From a virus, in the IMG/VR virus record IMGVR_UViG_3300030012_005163, positions 64,001-128,000 of that record: a stretch of DNA of 64,000 bases, one strand, 5' to 3'. The stretch's first letter is position 1. The number at the start of each line of letters is the position of its first letter. The notes beneath the pieces are model-generated. The model was given only the letters and a program-made list of their open reading frames with translations, made no database searches and was not told the DNA's origin. Below, piece after piece: positions 18,119-27,000 of this stretch. The position numbers and the translations under genes were made by a program.

Positions 18119-20008
18119 ATGGCAGAGTTCGATGATGATTGGTATAAAGAACAATCAGGTAATCTTAAAAAATTATTAGATGAAACTAAGACTTTTTATA
18201 GTCAGGTTGATGGTTTAAGTAGGAAAACACGTCAAAGGGAAAAACAAGAAGTAGAAGATTTACTTAAAAAATTAAAATCTCAAGTCGAATTAGGTGGTGA
18301 AGAAGCTAAAAATGCCAAAGAATTAATTAAATTAGCACAAAAAAGATTAAAAGTTATTACTTCTCAATACGAAGTAACAGGAAGAATTAGACAAGAAACA
18401 CAACAAACTTTACAAGATTTTAAAAAGTTTATTGAGACGAGTGCTGCTCAATACAACTACGCACAAAAAATTGCTAAAGAATACTTAACAGTAAGTAGAA
18501 ATATAGGTGTTAGTGGTGCACATCAAGAAAGATTAACTAAAAACTTTAAAATGTCGTTACCTGAAGTAGAACAATTAGGTGGTAGTTTAGAAGATGTTAC
18601 AGATATTATGCAAACAATGGCGGAAGAATCAGGTAGAGCTAGAATTTTAGATCCTAGTGATGTAACAAATATTGAAGAAATTGCTAGAGCATTAAATATG
18701 AGTGCTAGTGAAACTACAAAGATGTCAGAAACGTTTGATCTTATGGGAATATCTACTGAAAGTATGAAAAATAGTTTACAAGATGTTTATAAAGAATCAA
18801 GTAAATTAGGATTGAACGCTAATAAGGTAGTAAAACAATTAAGTAATAATATGAAGTCTATACAGTCTTATTCATTTTCAAGTGGAGTAAGAGGTATGAC
18901 TGAAATGGCTAAACAAGCAGTAAGAATGAGGATAGATGTATCTGATGTTTTACAAATGGCTGATAAATTTTATCAACCCGAAGCTGCAATTGAAGCAGCA
19001 GCTAATTTACAAATGTTAGGTGGGGATATAGCTAAAGCGTTTGGTGATCCATTTGAAACTATGTATATGGCTCGTAATAAACCTGAAGAATTGGCTAAAA
19101 AATTAGGTGACATGACTGAAAACATGTTACAATTTAATGAAGAAAGTGGTAGATACGAACTTCCAGCAGAAGCTAGAATGCAATTGAAAGCTGCAGGTGA
19201 TCAGTTAGGAATTAATACTGAAAAAATGGTTGAGATGGCTAGACAATCTAGTAAAATCAAAGACTTAAAGATGAAATTCACTGCAATTGGTGACAACGAT
19301 ATGAAAGAGAATTTAGCATCATTAGCTAAATTTTCGGAAGAGAAGGGTGAATTTGTTATACAACATAATGGGGAAGAATTAGGATTAAATGAAATTTCTG
19401 ATGGAATGGCTGAAGAAATAATGGACGCCAATGCTAATGAAGGGAAAACAGATAGTGATTTATTTAAAAATATTGCCATTAACACTCAAACTATGAGTGA
19501 ACAATTAGCTAGTTTAAAAGAGAGTAGTATGGCAACTATTGCAGGAACAACAGATTTATATGAAATTACTGCAGAACAAATGAAAAAATCTTTAGTTACA
19601 CCATTAAAAAAGAGTATGGAAACGGCACAACAATCTTTTATTGAAAATTTCAGTCCTAAAAGTTTATTTGAAGGTGATACATGGAAAAATACGTTAATGG
19701 GGTTTGAAGAAATAAAACAAGAATCTTTAGATTCATTAGAAGAGTATTATAGGGACGTATTAAATATCCCATTACCTGAAGATAATGTAACACCAGGTCC
19801 CGATAATGAAAATAACAATGACAATGTTAATCCCGCTCCTATGGCAAGCACACAAAATATTAATTTAGATGTTGCAATAAATGGAGATGGAACGTTTACA
19901 CCTGCACAAATGGATATGATTTCTAATAAAATTACACAAAAAATTGTAAATGGGATTGAAGTAAAATCAGATGGACAAGATATTGAGGTAGTACTTAATA
20001 TAACTTAA
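18119..20008 (+). CDS. Tape measure protein
   Basis: 629 aa; Ala/Met/Lys/Glu-rich helical composition; PEAAIEAAANLQMLGG...FGDPF...MYMARN; position after the chaperone. Confidence 0.85.
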   Translation: MAEFDDDWYKEQSGNLKKLLDETKTFYSQVDGLSRKTRQREKQEVEDLLKKLKSQVELGGEEAKNAKELIKLAQKRLKVITSQYEVTGRIRQETQQTLQDFKKFIETSAAQYNYAQKIAKEYLTVSRNIGVSGAHQERLTKNFKMSLPEVEQLGGSLEDVTDIMQTMAEESGRARILDPSDVTNIEEIARALNMSASETTKMSETFDLMGISTESMKNSLQDVYKESSKLGLNANKVVKQLSNNMKSIQSYSFSSGVRGMTEMAKQAVRMRIDVSDVLQMADKFYQPEAAIEAAANLQMLGGDIAKAFGDPFETMYMARNKPEELAKKLGDMTENMLQFNEESGRYELPAEARMQLKAAGDQLGINTEKMVEMARQSSKIKDLKMKFTAIGDNDMKENLASLAKFSEEKGEFVIQHNGEELGLNEISDGMAEEIMDANANEGKTDSDLFKNIAINTQTMSEQLASLKESSMATIAGTTDLYEITAEQMKKSLVTPLKKSMETAQQSFIENFSPKSLFEGDTWKNTLMGFEEIKQESLDSLEEYYRDVLNIPLPEDNVTPGPDNENNNDNVNPAPMASTQNINLDVAINGDGTFTPAQMDMISNKITQKIVNGIEVKSDGQDIEVVLNIT

Positions 20009-20026
20009 AAAAAAATCATTTACACT

Positions 20027-20058
20027 ATTGACTTTTTGAAAAATATTTTCTATATTTG
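20027..20058 (+). promoter_or_regulatory. Bacteroidota-type host-sigma promoter ATTG-N20-TATATTTG (also reads TTGACT-N17-TATATT)
   Basis: Matches the -33 (T)TTG / -7 TAnnTTTG consensus with a 20-nt spacer. Confidence 0.7.
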
Positions 20059-20184
20059 ACCAGAAATAGACCTTAAAAATTATAAATAATTATTAAAACT
20101 AGAATAAATATAATAAAAAAACTAGTAATAATCTATTAATTATATATAATATATAATTTTATCTCCTGAAATTTCTGATTTAAA
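20059..20184. other. Extremely AT-rich non-coding tract with AAAACTAG repeats; candidate replication origin/unwinding element
   Basis: 7 G/C in 90 nt (20071-20160); AAAACTAG at 20095 and 20118; no ORF. Confidence 0.4.
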
Positions 20185-20192
20185 TATTTATA
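20185..20192 (+). promoter_or_regulatory. TATTTATA putative late-promoter motif
   Basis: 14 nt before ATG 20207. Confidence 0.6.
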
Positions 20193-20206
20193 TAGAAAGA
20201 ATATTT

Positions 20207-23200
20207 ATGCCAGGAATTTTAAATCAAACATTATACACAAGTAATTTTGGTGTTTTAACAACTGAGGATTTAAGAGAAAACTTGCTTAGTCGTAATTTAC
20301 CGCCACCAACTAACCGAACATTGGTAGAAGGAGGGTTAACATCTAAACTTGATGATATTGGTAGAGTTATTAATGTACCCATAGGTGGTTCTCAAAACGA
20401 AAATACTGTTGTTTCATATAATGAAGAAGGTAATATTATTACTGAAGGAGAGACATTTAGAGATACCCAAAACGTTAATAATAATAGATATATTCCTAAA
20501 TTAGATGAATATAATGAATATGGTGTTAATATTCCTGCAGAACCTTATCCTAATTCAGGAAATAAAGAAAGAATGCCTTACCCAACTGATTCTAATATAG
20601 AAAATTTTAGTTTATTGAGTAGTGGAGATGATTCTTATGTTTCTTTTCCTTTTGATGTTATAGATAAAATGTCCACTCTAACTTTTGAAAATGAAACGTC
20701 TTTAGGTATGTTAGGTGCTAAAAGTTTAGAAACAAACGTAGTTAATAAAGTTGCTCAGATACAAAATAAAATGAGTAGTGACTTAGTAAAATTTGCTATA
20801 ACTTATTTCCAACCACCTGAAGACGAAGCCAATGAGTTTGAGAATAGAATGAGAGGAGAAAGTGTAGGACAACAAACTTTACCACCAGAATCAGTAGGTT
20901 GGCAAGAATATAATACTCAATTAAGAAATAATAAATTAGGTAACCAATTAAATAATAATCAAACCAATCCTGTTATAACTACCGAACAAAGAAACAATAC
21001 ATTAATAAGTAACACAGGTATAAACCAAACTACTTTTTTATTTAACGCTTTAGGTTTAAACTTATATGTACCTAATTATAGTGATAGAAGATTATCATCT
21101 ACCTCAAATGCGGGTACTAATAGTAGGTATTATATTGGTAGTGAAAGAAGTACTAATAGAGGTAGTAAAATAATGACTACTTTTACCTCTGATGAATTTA
21201 ATGGTGCTGATGGTATAAATTCAGAACAAATAGGACAAACTACAGTAGATGAAAATTATTATTGGGAATTTAGAGATAATAATAATTTTAATAATAAAAC
21301 TATTTTATCTGAGACACAACAATTAGTAAATAATTTTCCTGATGATGTTTTTATAGATCAAACAAAAAAGTTTTTTAAGGATAGAGTTAAAGGAAGATTA
21401 ATAAGTAGAGGTAATGCTATTAGTAGTGAATCTTTTGAGTCTGCTATTAAAAACGGTAAGTTTTGTAGAGTATGGACACCTAATGATCCTTATAAATATC
21501 AAAATGCGATTAGAAAAAGTGGTTTATTTAGTTCTGATAGTAAAAGTAAACCAGGTTTTTCTGTTACATCTGATAATGCATCTTTAAGTGTATTACAGAG
21601 TAATGGTTTTCCTAAAACACATCCTACGGAAATAGATAGGACAACATCATTTAAAAAATATATGTTATCTATTGAAAATTTAGCGTGGGCAGATAATTTA
21701 GCGGATTTAACATTAGATGAAATTGGACCGGGTGATCCTTTAAGTAGAAATAAAGGTAGAATTATGTGGTTTCCCCCATATGATTTAGGTTTTGATGAAA
21801 ATATGAGTGCAAACTGGACAAAAACAGATTTTATTGGTAGAGGTGAACCTGTTTATACTTATAATAATTCTACAAGAAGTGGACAATTAAAATTTAAAGT
21901 ATTAGTAGATCATCCAAAAGTAATCAATGCATATAGAGGAAGGAGAACTAATGAAATAGAAAGATTTTTCGCTGGTTGTATTTCACCACAAGAATTTTTA
22001 GATTTATTAGATAATAGTCAAGGTGTAAGTCCAAATACTAAAAAAGAAATAGAAAAGAAATTAAATTTACAACAACAACAATCTACTGCGACTAATTATA
22101 GTGCTAGTGAAAAATATACTCTTTTATTCCCTAAAGATGTTTCTTCGGGAGTAACTATTGATAGTAGTAGTATTACTAATTTTTTAAATGTACAAAAAAA
22201 TAGTGATAAAACAGTTAAAATATTAATCAATGGTTACGCTTCTAAAGATGAGACTAACGCAAAAACATTGGCAACTGCACGTAGCACTGATATAAAATCA
22301 CAAGTTGAAGCAGTGGTTAACTCCATAAGTAACATTAATTCATCAACTGTTATTAAATCACAAGTAATAGATATAAACGGTGATGTTAATAGTAGGAGAG
22401 TAGATATAAAAATTTCTTACGATGCAGTAAATGATTCTACTGCACAACACCAACAAACTAATGTAGATAGTAATTTAGTCACCTTACCTTTAGATTCCCA
22501 AATTATAGATAATTTAAGAATCGATGAAACAAGATATTTTGATTTTGTAGGTGAAGAATATCCTGAATATTTTGAATCTATATCCGAAAAAATAAAATAC
22601 TTTCATCCTGGTTTTCACTCTACAACTCCAGAAGGTTTAAATACGAGATTAACTTTTCTACAACAATGTTTAAGACAAGGGCCTAGTATATATGATAAAA
22701 AAGATTCTAACGGTATCAAACCTCAGAATTTAGCGTTTGGTAGACCGCCTATTTGTATTTTAAGAATAGGTGATTACATAAATACAAAAATTACAATTAA
22801 TAGTTTAAGTATAACATATGCTACGGGTAATTCACCACAATGGGATTTAAATCCTGAAGGTATTGGTGTACAACCAATGATGGCAGACGTTACTTTATCT
22901 ATAGATATAATAGGTGGACAATCATTGCAAGGCCCGATTAGTCGTTTACAAAATGCTTTATCATTTAATTACTATGCCAATACTGAAATGTATGAAAGAA
23001 GAAGTGATAAGTTAGAAGTAGACGCATTTATAGGGGCACGAATTGTGAATGGAAGAAATAGTTTATTTAGTGAATTATTACCTGGTGTTGCTAATGTTGC
23101 ACAAAAAATATCTTTATTGGGCGATTCACCTAAAAATACATTAAAACAAGAAGTGCCGATAAATCAAACTAGTCAAAATAATAATCCTAGTGAACCTGCA

Positions 23201-23671
23201 ATACCTACTGATACAGTTACTATTAATATTAATTCTAACCAACAAAATGTAATTGTAGAAACATTAGTAAACGGTATTTTAAAACCTTTAGATACACCTA
23301 TTAGAGTAATAATTACCGATAATAAAACTAACATTGTACACGTTGATGAAGCATATACTTCTGGAACTAATATAATAAGTTTAAGTTCTAATAGTACATT
23401 AGCAGTTGCATTTTCTCAATCTCAACAAATTGTAACAAAACAAAATCAAATAGTAGATTTACAATTGGAATATAATAGTTTATCTAATACTACGGCATAT
23501 AACTTAAATAGAAAAAGTCAGATAACTAATGAAATTCAGATATTAAATAATCAAATCATTGATTTAGAAAATAAAATAATGAATGTAAATGTTAACGTAA
23601 TTTATGAATTAGTGGGTGCAGAATTAAATAGGACACAAACATTTACTATTTCTGATAATAAATTAATTTAA
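20207..23671 (+). CDS. Baseplate/tube-initiator protein with an OmpA-like insert
   Basis: IMWFPPYDL...SANWTKTDFIGRGEPVYTYNNSTRSG and PPICILRIGD...PQWDLNPEGIGVQPM tube-initiator-type motifs; INGYAS...LATARS...SRRVDI OmpA-like pattern. Confidence 0.7.
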   Translation: MPGILNQTLYTSNFGVLTTEDLRENLLSRNLPPPTNRTLVEGGLTSKLDDIGRVINVPIGGSQNENTVVSYNEEGNIITEGETFRDTQNVNNNRYIPKLDEYNEYGVNIPAEPYPNSGNKERMPYPTDSNIENFSLLSSGDDSYVSFPFDVIDKMSTLTFENETSLGMLGAKSLETNVVNKVAQIQNKMSSDLVKFAITYFQPPEDEANEFENRMRGESVGQQTLPPESVGWQEYNTQLRNNKLGNQLNNNQTNPVITTEQRNNTLISNTGINQTTFLFNALGLNLYVPNYSDRRLSSTSNAGTNSRYYIGSERSTNRGSKIMTTFTSDEFNGADGINSEQIGQTTVDENYYWEFRDNNNFNNKTILSETQQLVNNFPDDVFIDQTKKFFKDRVKGRLISRGNAISSESFESAIKNGKFCRVWTPNDPYKYQNAIRKSGLFSSDSKSKPGFSVTSDNASLSVLQSNGFPKTHPTEIDRTTSFKKYMLSIENLAWADNLADLTLDEIGPGDPLSRNKGRIMWFPPYDLGFDENMSANWTKTDFIGRGEPVYTYNNSTRSGQLKFKVLVDHPKVINAYRGRRTNEIERFFAGCISPQEFLDLLDNSQGVSPNTKKEIEKKLNLQQQQSTATNYSASEKYTLLFPKDVSSGVTIDSSSITNFLNVQKNSDKTVKILINGYASKDETNAKTLATARSTDIKSQVEAVVNSISNINSSTVIKSQVIDINGDVNSRRVDIKISYDAVNDSTAQHQQTNVDSNLVTLPLDSQIIDNLRIDETRYFDFVGEEYPEYFESISEKIKYFHPGFHSTTPEGLNTRLTFLQQCLRQGPSIYDKKDSNGIKPQNLAFGRPPICILRIGDYINTKITINSLSITYATGNSPQWDLNPEGIGVQPMMADVTLSIDIIGGQSLQGPISRLQNALSFNYYANTEMYERRSDKLEVDAFIGARIVNGRNSLFSELLPGVANVAQKISLLGDSPKNTLKQEVPINQTSQNNNPSEPAIPTDTVTININSNQQNVIVETLVNGILKPLDTPIRVIITDNKTNIVHVDEAYTSGTNIISLSSNSTLAVAFSQSQQIVTKQNQIVDLQLEYNSLSNTTAYNLNRKSQITNEIQILNNQIIDLENKIMNVNVNVIYELVGAELNRTQTFTISDNKLI

Positions 23672-23676
23672 ATATT

Positions 23677-24003
23677 ATGAGTACAGAATACTATAATCGA
23701 TATCAAAAATTTAATTTTAATGGAAAATATACACCATTACCATTTATTAAGATTGAGCCTAAATCTTCAGATAAAACTGTTTTATATAGACAAACTCAAA
23801 GTAGAATGGATAAATTAAGTCAAGAATATTATGGTAACCCATATCATGGTTGGTTAATTATGTTAGCTAATCCCCAATACGGTGGTGTAGAAGAATCTAT
23901 ACCTAACAATGAAATAATAAGAATACCATTTCCTTTTAAAGATAGTTTACAACAATATATTTCTGAAGTTCAAAAGTATCAGAGATTAAATGGTACAGGA
24001 TAA
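23677..24003 (+). CDS. LysM-like/tail-X (gp53-like) baseplate protein
   Basis: RMDKLSQEYYGNPYHGWLIMLANP...IIRIPFP. Confidence 0.75.
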   Translation: MSTEYYNRYQKFNFNGKYTPLPFIKIEPKSSDKTVLYRQTQSRMDKLSQEYYGNPYHGWLIMLANPQYGGVEESIPNNEIIRIPFPFKDSLQQYISEVQKYQRLNGTG

Positions 24004-24013
24004 ATCTTAATCA

Positions 24014-27000
24014 ATGGCAGAAGAAGAAAAAGATGTGAATGTTGAACAAGTAGGTGCGGGTTTGATGTTAGTTGATCCTAATCCATCAGGTAGAAATGTT
24101 TTACCTGCAGAAGATATGTTCATATATGTAAGTTTAACTGCACAAGAACGAAATAGAGGAGTAGTAACTATAGGAGAAAATGAAAATGAGTTTGATGAAA
24201 GTAGATTTGGTGAAATTGAGTTTGTAGCTACCGAAGTAAAATATAATCAAGCAGGTGAACCTATGAAAGATATTATGGGGGATGTTACATCTTATGCGAC
24301 TACCAATTACACTAATATAGGAGGTATACAAAACACATTTGGTAGTGGGTTATTAGAAGGGTTTGGTATTACATCCATCAATGTAAAATATAATACAAGT
24401 TTAATACCACAGGTTGATATAGATTTTACTGACATTAGGGGTAGTGGTTTATTTGATGTTATAGAACAAGACAATAGAAAATCTCCATACAGTGTATTTT
24501 TTAAAATGCCGTACCCAATATTTAATTTAACTTTAAAAGGATATTTTGGTAAACCTGTTGAGTATTGTTTAAATTTAGTAAACTGGACTTCTAAATTCGA
24601 TCCTGGTACAGGTAATTTTAATATAAGTGCTAATTTTGTAGGATTCCAACAAGCATTTTTGGCGGATATAACTATAGGAGATATAATTGGTACTGTTAAT
24701 ACAGAGGCAGGGTTAAAAAATTTATTAGATTTACCCTTAACTGTGGGAACAGTAAAAGAAGGTGGTGAGACAGGTTCTGGACAAATTGCAACACCACAGT
24801 TAGATGAGTTTGTAAAGGATTTGAGTAAATTACAAATTGATTTAGAAGAACTTAAAATTGAAAATACAATTTATAAAGAATTACAAATTTTAAATACACA
24901 ACAAAAAAAATTAGAAGATATAAGAGGGTTTATTGGTAGACCGTTAGGTAAAGCTAATATAGACACGTATAAAAATAATGAAAGTGCACCCCCTTATTTA
25001 TCACAGTTAAATTCCCCATTACAGATTAGTAGTTCGAGTATTAAATCTCAAAATCTAACAAATTTCAAATCATACTTATCTATTAGAGATTTATTATTTG
25101 TTAAAACCACAGTAAATAGTTCGGTGGATAATTATATGAATGATTTATACGATAAAGTTAATGACTATGTTAAATTCTATGGTGACAATTCTACTGTATT
25201 AAATGCTAACGACAATATAGCAAAAAAATCGGTTAACGGTGCACAAATAAATAGTGAGTATTGGAAATTTAGTGAAAACAATAATGGAGAGAGTGTTGAC
25301 TATGAACAATTTAAATTAACTTTTGCAGGTGGTGGAAATACTACAACATTAACTTTAGAATCCTTTATAGATGAATTAAAAAAACCAAATAGTATTTTAA
25401 AAAGTAATAACCCTAAAGAATATGCAGAATGTAACCAAAACTTTGATGTTTCTGGTATTACTATAAATAATTACTCTAAAGATTTAAATGATAATAAACC
25501 TGGTAATAAAAATAGTGATTTTAATAATTCTGATGTAGGATTTGTTTTAGACTTTAGGGCAATAAGAATGATGGTTAATGATATGTTAATAACTTTAAAC
25601 AAAGAAAAAAAGAAGAAAGAAGAAAAGTTATTAAAAGAATTAAATGATGCATTATCAGTTAGATTAGGATATAAACCAACCATAGGAACAGTATTTCAAA
25701 TCATATGTAACAATGCACAGGCATTTTTGGCGACAATATATGATATAGGTAGAAGTGCGGAACTACAAAATAAAGCAAGACAAAAAGCGTTACAAAGGGT
25801 AGCGGTAAATAGTGATATACAACTAAAAGAAGAATTCGATTTCAAAAGTCAAACTATTTATGCTTTCCCTTCAGTATTTGTTAAAAAAGATGGTGGATTT
25901 GTAGAAAAATATATTGGTTCAGAAGATATATTTCCACCCGATGATCAGGAATCTAGAAATGCATTTCCTGAAATAGGTTTTATAGAAAATTTAATTAAGT
26001 CATTATTGGTAGAAGAAAAGAAACTATTAAATATAACTAAACAAGTAAATAAAGCAAAAAGAAGTAGTAGTGGTGACGATACAGATAACTGGATACCCAA
26101 CAACCCAATAGATTATAAAAACAATCCATTTTATTTATTGAATAGTTCTCAATCTAAAAGTGCTGAAGGAGCAGAAAAGTTATATGAAAAATTTATTAGT
26201 ATATTAGTAGACAGATATATAATTTTAACACAATATAGTAATTCTATTAAACCTAGTACTTATGGTGGTTTCGATGGATTATTAGCGAATTTATCTTTTG
26301 TTGATGATAGAGTTAAAAATATTTTGTATACTTTTTTAAATGATTCAAATAATGATGATAAAATAAAAGAACTACGAGACAAAAGATTAAAAGAATTAAA
26401 TAGTGCAAAATATCAAGATGAAACAGGAGATGATAAAATTTATCACGTATCCAATCCAAAAGGAAATTTTATTATAATTGGTGGGAGTAATAAAGGTAAA
26501 GAAATTTTAAGTAATAATGTTACGTTAACTGAAGAACAAAAAGACGATGATTATAATAGAATTTATGTTGATAAAAAAGTAATAGATGAATCGAAAGAAA
26601 ATTATACTGAATGGAACAGTAGAAATTTATATTTAACTACTAATCAATCGTATAATGTTTTTGATGCATTTACAAAAATGAGTTTAGTTTCTAAATTAGA
26701 TAAAGGAAAAATTAATTTTACTATACCTAACAATGATATAACGTTATTAGATGGTGGTATAAATCCAAAAAATAATCCTGCACCCAATACACCTACAGAA
26801 ACTGAAACTATTAATCTTTACCTTAACTCTAAGTTTCCACTGAATAATATTGATACAACCCAAAAAGCAGAACTACTCACTAATTCAAAACTTTATCAGA
26901 ACAATACTTCTGAATTATCAAAAGCATTATTGTTATTATCTACTTTACCTTTTTCTGTTTTTGATAAAATACAATTTCCTCAAACAAATGTACCAAATTT

